A DNA stretch of 64,000 nucleotides from Firmicutes bacterium ADurb.Bin248 (GCA_002069725.1 MWBW01000006.1:15974-79973), one strand, 5' to 3'. Shown: positions 50,013 to 59,440, counted from the first letter of the stretch. Program-made: numbers and translations. Notes: generated from the sequence alone by a model not told the origin.

Positions 50013-50475
50013 GTCCGTTCTCCTTCCTCTTTGGCGAGCAGCGCGTTGAAACCGGCGAGCGCGCTTGCAAGCCCGTGCAAGAATTTTGACGCCGGCGCGC
50101 CGTCCGCCGTGCGCATGCGCCCGACAAGCGGACCGTTCCGCCCGGGCAGTGCGCGTTCAGGCACGGGCGGCTCGCGCGCATACGTGACACCGCAAAGAGT
50201 ATCATGTCGTTGAGGGTGATTTCAATACCCGCGCGCTTATATTTCGCGCGAAGCGCGAGTATTTCTCTTGCGCCGAAGGGTGCGGTATGCGTGAGCTGCG
50301 CTCTGTTTTACAGGCTCGCGGACATATTCAAGAGACGACGCGCCCCGCGAGGAGGCACATCGCGCTCCATCACGCGCCCGTTCGGGCCGGAAGGCACGGC
50401 GCTTCGCGCATCGGGGTTCACGCGTTTCGCAATCGCCCGCGCGCGGGGACACGCCCAAAGCGCGCTCCGCCGTGG
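50009..50475 (-). pseudogene. Decayed remnant of a dihydrolipoamide acyltransferase (E2) gene
   Basis: Manual translation of the minus strand. An E3-binding-domain 31-mer PRARAIAKRVNPDARSAVPSGPNGRVMERDV (50448-50356) is followed by an in-frame TAA (50310-50308). Next comes the start of the catalytic domain, THTAPFGAREILALRAKYKRAGIEITLNDMILFAVSR. The E2-like C-terminus RTADGAPASKFLHGLASALAGFNALLAKEE lies in another frame and ends in an ATGA overlap with the lpd start. Confidence 0.6.
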
Positions 50476-50627
50476 GCGTGAAGGAAGCCGCCGGAGATCT
50501 GCGATCCCCGGCGGAGCGCCGCCATGGAAGTAAAAAGGGGAGAAACGAGCCCTGCGCCGCAGTTCCCGCCGTTCCATACGAACGCTCGTCTACAAAATGG
50601 CGCAGCCGTCGAAATCGACGGAGCCTC

Positions 50628-51662
50628 TCACCTCGCAGTCGAAGTAGAGCGGGCGCTCGAAGCCGCGAGTATCTCGAGTATTTGCACCGCGTTGGTCGCG
50701 GCGCCTTTCCTCAATTGATCGCCGCAGCACCAGAACGAAAGCGAGGGCCTGTCCGTCGAAATATCCTTGCGGATGCGCCCGACGAAAACCAGATCCTGCC
50801 CGGAGGTATCGACGGGCATGGGGTAGAGGAGCCGAGCGGGATCATCCGCCACGCGCACGCCCGGCGCTTTGGCAAGGAGCTCGCGCGCTTTTTCCGGGGT
50901 CAGCTCGCGTTCCGTTTCAATCGTGATGGATTCGGAATGGCTGCAGTACACGGGAACGCGCACGCAGGTGCAGTTGACCATGAGCTCGGGTGCGTCGAGG
51001 ATTTTCCTTGATTCGCGCACCAGCTTCATCTCCTCGTGCGTATAGGCGTTGTCCTCGAAAAAATCGATGTGCGGGATCAGGTTGAACGCGATCCGGTGGG
51101 CGAAAGCCTTCGGCTCCGGGGCCCTGCCCTCGAGCACGTCCCGCGTCTGCGCCTCGAGCTCGCGAAGGCCCGCGATGCCCGCGCCGGAAACCGCCTGATA
51201 GGTGGAGGCGATGACGCGCTTGACCCCGGCGTAATCGTGCAGCGGCTTGATGGGGAGCAGCGCGATGACCGTCGAGCAGTTCGGGTTGGCGATGATGCCT
51301 TTGTGACGGAGAACGGCGCCGGGATTGACTTCGGGGACGACGAGCGGAACGTCTTTCTCCATGCGGAAGGCGCTGGAATTATCCACCACGACGCAGCCCT
51401 CCGACACGGCCGCCGGGGCGAGCGCAAGGCTCGCCTCGGCGCCGACGGCGAAGAGCGCGGCGTCCATCTCCGCGAAGGCGCCCTTCTTTGCCTCCCGCAC
51501 GCGGAGCTTTTCGCCCATGAAGGAAATTTCCTTCCCCTCGTTCTCCCGCGCGTCCAATGGAATTAACTCCCGGATGGGAAACTTCCTCTGCTCGAGCACC
51601 TCGAGCATCGTGCCGCCCACGACGCCCAGCGCTCCCACAACACCGATCGTATACGCGCTCAT
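50628..51662 (-). CDS. asd: Aspartate-semialdehyde dehydrogenase
   Basis: IGVVGALGVVG Rossmann start, active-site IANPNCST, YQAVSGAG, SHSES His region. 344 aa Gram-positive type. Confidence 0.93.
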   Translation of the reverse strand: MSAYTIGVVGALGVVGGTMLEVLEQRKFPIRELIPLDARENEGKEISFMGEKLRVREAKKGAFAEMDAALFAVGAEASLALAPAAVSEGCVVVDNSSAFRMEKDVPLVVPEVNPGAVLRHKGIIANPNCSTVIALLPIKPLHDYAGVKRVIASTYQAVSGAGIAGLRELEAQTRDVLEGRAPEPKAFAHRIAFNLIPHIDFFEDNAYTHEEMKLVRESRKILDAPELMVNCTCVRVPVYCSHSESITIETERELTPEKARELLAKAPGVRVADDPARLLYPMPVDTSGQDLVFVGRIRKDISTDRPSLSFWCCGDQLRKGAATNAVQILEILAASSARSTSTAR

Positions 51663-51677
51663 ATCATACCTCGTTTC

Positions 51678-52934
51678 TTATTCCAAATTCATGCTTTTAA
51701 TCGCGTCCGTAATCCGCCCGAGCCCGGTTACGAGCATATCGTCGCTTATGGTCAGCGGTGGCATCAGTTTGAGCACGCAGTCGCCCCGCCCGGCAAGCTC
51801 TATGACGAGCCCGCGCTCGAAGCAGTTTTTGCTCGCGCGCCTGGCCGAGCCTTCCGGGAAAGCGGCGAAGTCGATGCCCCAGATCATGCCGATGCCGCGA
51901 CAGCCCAGTTTTCCGTTGATTTTCGGGAGGTTCTCGCGAAGATATGCTTCTATGATCGCGCCCTTGCGGCGGGTTTCGGCCTCTACGTCGTATTTGAGCA
52001 TATATTCGAGCGCGGCTTTGGCCGCCACCATCGCGGGCTGGAAGCCGCGGAACGTGCCGTTGTGCTCGCCGGGGGACCATATGTCCAGCTCCGGCTTAAA
52101 GAGCGTGAGCGCGAAGGGGAAGCCCATGCCTCCTATGGATTTGGCCATGACGAAGATATCCGGCTTGATGCCCGCGCGCTCAAAGGCAAAGAACGCGCCC
52201 GTCCTGCAGCAGCCCACCTGGATCTCGTCGAGCGCGAGCAGTATGCCGTGCCGGTCGCAAAGCGCGCGCGCCCGCCGGAGCCACTCGTCTTCGAGCACGT
52301 AAACGCCGCCTTCCGCCTGAACGGCCTCGACGAAGAGCGCGGCGGGCTTTTCTACGCCGGAGTGGTCGTCCGTCAGTATCGTTTCCATATAGTCGATGGT
52401 GTCGAGCTGCGGGAACATATACGGCGCGGGAATGTGGGTCACGTTGGCGAGCGGGACGCCGCAGCCTTTGCGCGAGGCCGCGTCCGTGGTGAGCGCCATG
52501 GAGCCGAGCGACATGCCGTGGAAGCACCCCATCAGCGCGAAGACGTTGCTGCGCCCCGTGACCTTGCGCGCGAGCTTGAGCGCGGCTTCCACCGCGTTGG
52601 TGCCGGTCGGCCCCGGGAACATGATTTTGTAGTCCAGGCCGCGCGGCTTGAGCACGCCGTTCTCGAAATAATCGAGGAACTCGCCCTTTGCCTGCGCGTA
52701 CATGTCGAGGCTGTGCACGATGCCGTCGTTTTGCAGGTACTCGACGACGCGCGCCTTGATGAAATCGTTGTTGTGGCCGTAGTTGCACGACCCCGCGCCG
52801 CAGAAGAAATCGATGTAGTCGGCGCCGTTCTCATCCGTCAGCACCGCGCCCTTCGCCTTGACGAACACGGTGGGGAACTTCCTGCAATAGGAGCGCACTT
52901 CGCTTTCGTACTCTTCAAATACCCTGTGATTCAT
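51678..52934 (-). CDS. ectB: Diaminobutyrate--2-oxoglutarate transaminase (EctB/Dat-like class III aminotransferase)
   Basis: N-terminus EEYESEVRSYCRKFPTVFVKAKGAVLTDENGADYIDFFCGAGSCNYGHNN...GPTGTNAVEAALKLAR closely parallels the remembered EctB sequence. PLP-Lys context FVMAKSIGG. Confidence 0.85.
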   Translation of the reverse strand: MNHRVFEEYESEVRSYCRKFPTVFVKAKGAVLTDENGADYIDFFCGAGSCNYGHNNDFIKARVVEYLQNDGIVHSLDMYAQAKGEFLDYFENGVLKPRGLDYKIMFPGPTGTNAVEAALKLARKVTGRSNVFALMGCFHGMSLGSMALTTDAASRKGCGVPLANVTHIPAPYMFPQLDTIDYMETILTDDHSGVEKPAALFVEAVQAEGGVYVLEDEWLRRARALCDRHGILLALDEIQVGCCRTGAFFAFERAGIKPDIFVMAKSIGGMGFPFALTLFKPELDIWSPGEHNGTFRGFQPAMVAAKAALEYMLKYDVEAETRRKGAIIEAYLRENLPKINGKLGCRGIGMIWGIDFAAFPEGSARRASKNCFERGLVIELAGRGDCVLKLMPPLTISDDMLVTGLGRITDAIKSMNLE

Positions 52935-52954
52935 GTTACTCTCCAGTCCGGGCC

Positions 52955-54130
52955 TCAGCCCTGTAATCGGGAACGGAATGCTTGTTCATATTTGCCCAGG
53001 CCGCCGTTCACATAGATTCGGGGCACGCGCGCGCCCTGGCGGCAGGCGAATTCAACGTCGGTCGTGCCGGCGAAAGCTCCGGCCTCGGCCAGGGAGATGC
53101 TCTCCCCGCCCTGCGCGCCCGCGAGCACGACCTCGTCGCCGACGGCCGGGTTTTCGATCTCGGTCATATCGATGATCATCTGATCCATGCTGATCATGCC
53201 GACGATCGGGCAGCGCCTCCCGTGCAGCAGCGCAAACCCGCGGTTTGAGGCGATGCGCGACACGCCGTCGGCAAAGCCGTAGGGCACGAGGCCCAGCACG
53301 CTGTCCCGCGCAGCGGTCCACGCGCAGGCATAGCCCGCGGGCGTCCCCTCCGGGACACTGCGTACGAACGCCAATCTCGATTTGACGGACATTGCCGGAT
53401 ACGCCTCGATCCCCGGCAGGGCGTGAAAATCCTCTCCGCAGTACATGCCGTAGAGCGACGTGCCGGGGCGGACCATATCCAGATGCATATCGGGATACAG
53501 CAGCGTTGCGCCGCTGTCGCAGAAGTGGCGCAGCGGTATGCGTATGCCCGCGGCCCCGAGCCCGGCGCACAGCGCCGTGAACCGCTCGAACTGCACGCGG
53601 CAATAGCCGTTGTCCGGCCAGAAATCGCCCATGGCGAGCTGGGAGAAAATGCCCTCGACAACGAGGTTCGGCAGCCGGCATACGGCTTTGATTTTCTCCG
53701 GCGCCTCGCCGAGGCCGAAGCCCTCGCGGCTCAGGCCCGTATCCACGCTGAGGTGGACGGCAAGTTTCCTGTTGCGCCTGCGGGCGCGCTCGTCGAGCTC
53801 CTCCGCCTGTGCGAGCGAGAAGACGTTGGGCGTCAGGTCATAATCGAAGAGCAGATCGTAATTGTCCGCAAAGGTATGGCCGAATACCAGTATCGGCTCC
53901 CGGATGCCGCCCTCGCGCAGTTCCGCGCCTTCCTCCGCGATCGCCACGCCGAAATGGCTTGCGCCGAGCTGCGAGAAAACCCGCGCGCACGGCACCGCGC
54001 CGTGGCCGTAGGCGTTGGCCTTGACGGGAACCAGCAGCTTTGTGCCGGGCTTTCGTTTTCCCTGTATATAGAGGGTGTTTTTTCGGATCGCATCCAGGTC
54101 GATTTCAATCCGGGAGGAACGCACAGGCAT
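52955..54130 (-). CDS. Alanine-racemase-family PLP-dependent amino-acid racemase
   Basis: ATG 54130 with an AAGGAGA RBS. PLP-Lys motif VPVKANAYGHG, C-terminal VGMISMDQMIID. Lies 20 nt upstream of ectB. Confidence 0.85.
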   Translation of the reverse strand: MPVRSSRIEIDLDAIRKNTLYIQGKRKPGTKLLVPVKANAYGHGAVPCARVFSQLGASHFGVAIAEEGAELREGGIREPILVFGHTFADNYDLLFDYDLTPNVFSLAQAEELDERARRRNRKLAVHLSVDTGLSREGFGLGEAPEKIKAVCRLPNLVVEGIFSQLAMGDFWPDNGYCRVQFERFTALCAGLGAAGIRIPLRHFCDSGATLLYPDMHLDMVRPGTSLYGMYCGEDFHALPGIEAYPAMSVKSRLAFVRSVPEGTPAGYACAWTAARDSVLGLVPYGFADGVSRIASNRGFALLHGRRCPIVGMISMDQMIIDMTEIENPAVGDEVVLAGAQGGESISLAEAGAFAGTTDVEFACRQGARVPRIYVNGGLGKYEQAFRSRLQG

Positions 54131-54218
54131 ATCTCCTTCTCCAATAAGGCGCTGTGTATGCATATCCGGGGCGGCGCGGGCCGCGGGAATTAGGAAAAAC
54201 GGAGCGGGCGGCGGCTTT

Positions 54219-55400
54219 CTACAGCGCGTCCAGATACGTCAGGGCAATGCGGGCCTGCAGCTCGACGCACAGGTCGAGCACATCCTCATCCACCCGGAAA
54301 TCCCGGCTGTGATGCGCGGCGTCCGAGCCCTTCGCGCGATTCCCCATGCCCACGAGGTAATAAAAGCCAGGTATCCCGGCAAGGAAGAACTCGGCCAGAT
54401 CGTCGCCGCCCATCTCGCGCACGCCCTCGGAAACGATGTTCCCTTCGCCGACGACTCCCGCGGCAACGCTTCGGGCCAGTTCCGCAAGCTGCGCGTCGTT
54501 CTCGAGCATGCTGTTGCCGCAGGTCAGGGAGACGTCGCAATCGCATCGGTATGCCGCCGAAACAGCCGTCACGAGCTCCCGGAAGCGGGCGTGCACGGCC
54601 GCTTCGTTCCGGTGCAAACAGCGGATGGAGCCCTCCATCGTCAGTTCGTCCGGGATGATGTTCATGTAATCGCCCGCGTGGAGCGAACCGACGGTGATGA
54701 GCGTGGGTTCGTCCAGCGTGCCGTATTCCATCGTCTGCATGGAATTGATGGCGGCGAGCACATGGCGTCCGGCCTCGATGGGACTCACGCCGCGCTCGGG
54801 CAGGCAGCCGTGCGTGCCCTTTCCGCGTATGGTTGCCTTGAAGTAATAGCTGGACGCGCAGCAGGGCCCGGATACCATGCCGACCTTTCCGGTCTGTATG
54901 GGCGACCATACGTGCATGCCGAGTATGGCGTCCGGCCGGGGATCGGTCAGCGCGCCCTGCTCGATCATCCGGGGGGCTCCGATCTCCTCCTCGTTGGGCT
55001 GGAACAGGAACACGAGCGTACCCGGCAGCTCGTCGCGGTGCGCCGCAAGGAGCTTGGCGACCTGCAACTGGACCGCCACGTGGCAGTCATGCCCGCAGGC
55101 GTGCATGACGCCGGGGTTTTGGGAGCAAAAGGGCAGCTCGTTGTTCTCCGCAAGGGGCAGGGCGTCCATGTCGCTGCGCAGCATGAGCGTTTTTCCGGGC
55201 TTCGCGCCCTCGAGCACCCCGATGACGCCGGTGCCCGCGCACCTCCTGACCCTGAGGCCGCAGTCCGCAAGCCGCCGCTCGATGATGTTTGCGGTGCGGA
55301 ACTCGCGAAAGCCCAGCTCGGGGTGGGCGTGGATGTCCCGCCTGAGCCCGACGGTTTCCGCGCTAAGCGCTTCGATTTCTTTTCGGATGTCGATATACAT
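54219..55400 (-). CDS. M20D-family amidohydrolase (N-acyl-amino-acid deacylase type)
   Basis: ATG 55400. Reads RRDIHAHPELGFREFRT, SDMDALP, MHACGHDCH. Confidence 0.87.
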   Translation of the reverse strand: MYIDIRKEIEALSAETVGLRRDIHAHPELGFREFRTANIIERRLADCGLRVRRCAGTGVIGVLEGAKPGKTLMLRSDMDALPLAENNELPFCSQNPGVMHACGHDCHVAVQLQVAKLLAAHRDELPGTLVFLFQPNEEEIGAPRMIEQGALTDPRPDAILGMHVWSPIQTGKVGMVSGPCCASSYYFKATIRGKGTHGCLPERGVSPIEAGRHVLAAINSMQTMEYGTLDEPTLITVGSLHAGDYMNIIPDELTMEGSIRCLHRNEAAVHARFRELVTAVSAAYRCDCDVSLTCGNSMLENDAQLAELARSVAAGVVGEGNIVSEGVREMGGDDLAEFFLAGIPGFYYLVGMGNRAKGSDAAHHSRDFRVDEDVLDLCVELQARIALTYLDAL

Positions 55401-55500
55401 GGAATCACAGCCTTTCGTCACTGATAATAATATATTTTTATGCAAGCTCCGGCAACGTACAATCTATAAGGAAACGCCTTTTTATTTTCCATACACAATA

Positions 55501-55539
55501 TAAAACGGCGCCTTCCCGACCGTCCGCGAGCAAGGCGCC
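55501..55539 (-). terminator. Stem-loop plus T-run after the PucR-family gene
   Basis: Minus strand: GGCGCCTT-(17 nt)-AAGGCGCC followed by GTTTTATATT. An AT-rich promoter region follows. Confidence 0.5.
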
Positions 55540-55574
55540 GATATGCCGCATATGCCGCATGTCCGCGGCCCGGC

Positions 55575-57122
55575 TCAGTAATCGAGAAAAATCCTCGTGC
55601 AGACCTCGAGCAGAAACAGGTCGCGGTGGCATTTCAGGGACATTTCCGTCAGCGCCTCGATTTTTTCCAGCCGATAGAGCAGCGACTGCCTGTGTATGTG
55701 CAGTTCCCGCGCGGTCAAGCTCGTGTTGTAGTTGCACCGGATGAACGCGCCGAGCGTTCCGAGCAGGTCGGCCTTGGACGACCGATCGTATTCGAGCAGC
55801 TTTTCGAGCGTGCGGCGCGCCATTTCCCTGATATCCGGGTCGTGGGAGACGGTGGAGATGATCTGCGCCTCCTTCGTATCCTTATAGGTGAAGCTGTTCT
55901 TTTTGCCCTTCGCGTTCATGCAGTATCGCAGGGCGAGTACCGCGTTGCCGTACAGCCGGCTGAAATCATGGATATCCGGCGTGATCTCGCTGATCCCAAA
56001 GAAGAACGCGCATCCGGGGAAGCCCGCCGAAAGCCGGGCGCTCACGGCGTTCGCGTATGCTTCAACCTGCCTGACCGGCTCGCAGGCGGGGTTTTCGACG
56101 AAAAGAATGAACTCGGGGCTCCGTTCGGCGTACATGACGCTCAGGCGCATCGCCTTTGCCTCCTGCGCGAGGATCGACTCGAGCGCGAACGCGTTTTCCG
56201 CCGCTTGCGGCGAATACTTCCGCTCGCCGGCCGAGGGCGCTTTCGGGGCCGCATGGATCGTAATGCAGGTATAGGGCTTGTTCAGGTCGAAGCGAAGCTT
56301 TTCGCCCTGCCGCGCCATCTCCTCGACCGACTCGTAATTGCCCGTGGCGAGGTTCCAGACGAAGTCGTTCTTGAACTTCATCCTCACCATGTCCTCGATC
56401 CTCTCCTTGTTGAACCACATGGAGAGCGGGAAGCTGACGTATTTTTCGATCAGCTCCGGATCGTTCGCCCGGCTGTCGCCGGCTCCGCTTCGGCCGAGCC
56501 ACAGGTATCCGGACAGGATGTCGTTGATGCCGATGTTGATCCTCGCGTACTGCGCGAAGCTCTCCCCACTCCCGGGGAACGCGCGGCATACGCCCCTGAC
56601 GTTCGCTTCCTTGTCCGTGATGACGGCGGGCGCTTGAAAAAAGCCGCAAACGGCTTCCGCCGCGGCGTCGAGAGGCTTGGAATCGAAATAGAGGCTGAAA
56701 AGCTCCGTCTGGATCTTTTGATACGCCTTTGTTTTCCCGTCCAGTATCCGCTTGGCGACGTGCTCGGAGATATCGGCGAACCTGTGCTTCCACGGGATGA
56801 CGAAAACCGGCAGGCCCGCGCCGTTCGCGTAGTCCAGAACGCGATTGGGCACGCGGAACCGCGGGTCGCGGAAAGCCAGCAGTATCGCGGCGGCGCGCGC
56901 GCTTGCGACGTCGCGGATCAGGCGCTCCAGCATGTCCGGGTCATCGTCGCAGCCGAGCGCGGTCGAGAGCACGAGCTCGTTCGGCCGTATGAAATCGTCC
57001 ACGGGCATTTCCTGCACCGAAACGGATTCGAGGGGGATGACCGAAAAATCCCTTTCTCCGGTCAGGAGCTCGATTTCGGGTATGGGTTGATCCGCGAGAA
57101 AATCGCGCAGCGTGTACTGCAT
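55575..57122 (-). CDS. PucR/CdaR-family transcriptional regulator
   Basis: GGAGG RBS. C-terminal PucR HTH LGTLGAFIRCNYNTSLTARELHIHRQSLLYRLEKIEALT. Confidence 0.87.
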   Translation of the reverse strand: MQYTLRDFLADQPIPEIELLTGERDFSVIPLESVSVQEMPVDDFIRPNELVLSTALGCDDDPDMLERLIRDVASARAAAILLAFRDPRFRVPNRVLDYANGAGLPVFVIPWKHRFADISEHVAKRILDGKTKAYQKIQTELFSLYFDSKPLDAAAEAVCGFFQAPAVITDKEANVRGVCRAFPGSGESFAQYARINIGINDILSGYLWLGRSGAGDSRANDPELIEKYVSFPLSMWFNKERIEDMVRMKFKNDFVWNLATGNYESVEEMARQGEKLRFDLNKPYTCITIHAAPKAPSAGERKYSPQAAENAFALESILAQEAKAMRLSVMYAERSPEFILFVENPACEPVRQVEAYANAVSARLSAGFPGCAFFFGISEITPDIHDFSRLYGNAVLALRYCMNAKGKKNSFTYKDTKEAQIISTVSHDPDIREMARRTLEKLLEYDRSSKADLLGTLGAFIRCNYNTSLTARELHIHRQSLLYRLEKIEALTEMSLKCHRDLFLLEVCTRIFLDY

Positions 57123-57311
57123 AAGCGCCTCCGTTATTCCGCATCATCCGGGCATTGATACCCGGATGCCCGATCGTGATACAGCGGCCCTCTCAGGGTG
57201 CGGTATGAATAGCATAGCATATAAAAAACCAATCGGTGATCCGTTGCGGCATATACGCGGGCATAAGACATGTCCGCCGCTCAAAAAGCGCCATCTCCGC
57301 CCGGCCCGAGC

Positions 57312-59090
57312 CTATTTTCCGGCTTTTTCATAAAACGCCTCGTACACCCTGCCGTTGATCGCCCGCATGAAAGCCGCGTCCACCTTCGTTTGCTTCCTGT
57401 CGTAGGTGAACAGCCCGTTGATCTCCTCTTCCACATCGCTCACCTGGGTGTAAACGAGCGCGCCCAGTCCCTTTTTTATGGCGGGCAGCACGTCGCGCTC
57501 ATACAGCCGCCGCAGCGCGCCTTGCAGGGCCTGCCGATTGTCGAATATCTTGTAACCGAACAGCTTCCCGGCGGCCATGTGCCCCTTAACGGGCAGGCTG
57601 TAGCCGCCGAATTCCGTCAGGCCAAGCACCCTGCCGGGGCGTTTGTCCTTCCCCGGGCTGAAATGCCTGTAATAAATGTGGCAGCTGTGAACATCGCCCG
57701 CGCCCTGGTCGAAATATCCGCTTGCGTGATCTACCTGACGCGTGGGGTCCATCCGCCGAACCGCCTCGCACATCGCGGCGGCGTCGAACTGGCCCCAGCC
57801 TTCGTTGAAAGGAACCCACGCCGAAAGCGAAACGGCGTTGTATAAAAGCTCTGTCGTGCGTTTTGCGTCACGGACGAAAGCTTCCCGGCCTTTCCCGCTT
57901 TGCCGCCCGTGCATGGCGTAGCGTTTGGGGCCGTCGCCAAAGCGCAGCCCTAAAAACGGCGCGAACTGCACCACCCATTTTTTGTAGGGGCCGCCGCCGC
58001 TCACGAAATCCTGCCAGACCAGCATGCCGAGCCTGTCGCAGTGGTAGTACCAGCGAAGCGGCTCTATCTTGATGTGCTTTCGCAGCATGTTGAAGCCCAT
58101 GCGCTTGAGCTGGGAGATTTCCCACGCCATGGCGTCGTCCGAGGGCGGCGTATACATACCGTCGCTCCAATAGCCCTGATCCAAAAGGCCGTTGTGGAAG
58201 ACGGGCCTGCCGTTGAGCATCAGCCTGGGCAGCCCGTCGGCGCCGTTTGCCACGCCGAACTCCCGCATGCCGAAGTAGCTGTAAACGGTATCCTCGCCGG
58301 ATTGCACCTCCAGATCGTACAAAAAGGGGTCGTCGGGGCTCCAGCTTTTGAAATCCGGCAGTTGCAGCCGGATGAAGCCGCCTTCGGCCGAAGCCTGCGC
58401 GACCAGGTTTCCCGCGTCCAGCACCCGCACGGAGCAGGACGGAACGTCGCCCTGCGCTTTCACTTCGACCGCGCCCTCCCGCCAAAGCGGGGTGATGCGC
58501 AGGCTTTCGATATGGCGTTCCGGCACATCCTCGCACCAGACCGTCTGCCAGATGCCGCTCTGGCCGGTGTACCAGATGCCGCCGCGCTCCAGCTTCTGCT
58601 TGCCGTAGGCCTCGTCCCCACCGTCGCTCTCGTCGTTCACGGCCAGCGTAAGCGTGAACGAACCGCCCCGCGCGGCGTCCGTGATGTCGAATGAAAAAGG
58701 CCAGTAGCCGCCGGAATGTTCGCCCAGCAGCCGCGCGTTGCACCATACGAGGCAATGCTGGTCCACCGCGCCGAAATGCAGCAGCCGTACGCGGTTGTCC
58801 GCCAATTCTTCCATCTCGATGTGTTTGCGGTACCACAGCGTTTGGCCGGGCATCAACTGCCGCCCCACGCCGGAGAGCAGGCTTTCGGGGGAAAAAGGCA
58901 CAAGTATTTCGCCGTCCCACGCATCGGGGAAGGCGCCGTCCTCGCGGATCGCATACTCCCAGCGGCCGTTGAGGCATTTCCAGTTTTCGCGCCGCATCTG
59001 CGGGCGCGGATAGTCGTTGAGCGGTCGCTCCCGATCGATCGTTTCTCCCCAGGGGGTATACAGGGGCCGTATGCTGTCTGCAGTTTCCAT
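57312..59090 (-). CDS. Glycoside hydrolase family 2 protein
   Basis: ATG 59090 with an AGGGAGA RBS. Reads NDYPRPQMRRENWKCLNGRWEY, acid/base FNEGWG, nucleophile TEFGG. Confidence 0.83.
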   Translation of the reverse strand: METADSIRPLYTPWGETIDRERPLNDYPRPQMRRENWKCLNGRWEYAIREDGAFPDAWDGEILVPFSPESLLSGVGRQLMPGQTLWYRKHIEMEELADNRVRLLHFGAVDQHCLVWCNARLLGEHSGGYWPFSFDITDAARGGSFTLTLAVNDESDGGDEAYGKQKLERGGIWYTGQSGIWQTVWCEDVPERHIESLRITPLWREGAVEVKAQGDVPSCSVRVLDAGNLVAQASAEGGFIRLQLPDFKSWSPDDPFLYDLEVQSGEDTVYSYFGMREFGVANGADGLPRLMLNGRPVFHNGLLDQGYWSDGMYTPPSDDAMAWEISQLKRMGFNMLRKHIKIEPLRWYYHCDRLGMLVWQDFVSGGGPYKKWVVQFAPFLGLRFGDGPKRYAMHGRQSGKGREAFVRDAKRTTELLYNAVSLSAWVPFNEGWGQFDAAAMCEAVRRMDPTRQVDHASGYFDQGAGDVHSCHIYYRHFSPGKDKRPGRVLGLTEFGGYSLPVKGHMAAGKLFGYKIFDNRQALQGALRRLYERDVLPAIKKGLGALVYTQVSDVEEEINGLFTYDRKQTKVDAAFMRAINGRVYEAFYEKAGK

Positions 59091-59325
59091 GCTTCTTCTC
59101 CCTTTTGCCAATCCTTCTTTGATTGTGGCGGGATTCTTTCGCCCGTACGCCCGTTTGCGCGTAAGTAACCTTTGAAAAGCGTTGATTTATCCTGCGGGTA
59201 TCCGCTTCGTTTCCGACATTTCCTCGGGGAAACGCTTCATGTCAAACCGCAGGCGGGTATGATCCGGCAAGCGAATGACGCTGTTGATTCGAACGATTCC
59301 GCCTGCTTTTACATTCTATAACATT

Positions 59326-59354
59326 CAGCCCGCAGGTTCAAATCCCGCGGGCTG
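59326..59354. other. Hairpin with a T-loop-like cap near the GC-content transition
   Basis: CAGCCCGC-A-GG-TTCAAAT-CC-C-GCGGGCTG: 8 + 2 bp with one A/C mismatch and a 7-nt loop matching TTCRANY. Confidence 0.5.
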
Positions 59355-59440
59355 TAAAATCTCCGGAACATACTCTTGGACACCGCGGAAGGAGGGCAGG
59401 CATATGTAATCTTTGAAATTGAACGCCGGCTACGCAAGAC

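Noticed and set aside
55543-55562. Direct repeat ATGCCGCAT x2 just downstream of the PucR-family gene stop
   Set aside because: It is only 18 nt with two copies, has no obvious partner site, and could arise by chance in GC-rich DNA. Noted but not interpretable.
59326-59354. T-loop-containing hairpin interpreted as a duplicated tRNA 3' fragment (att site)
   Set aside because: Its sequence differs from the tRNA-Leu T-arm (TTCAAAT/CGCGG versus TTCGAAT/GAGGG). It is on the opposite strand, and its outer stem is self-complementary rather than a bare acceptor 3' strand.
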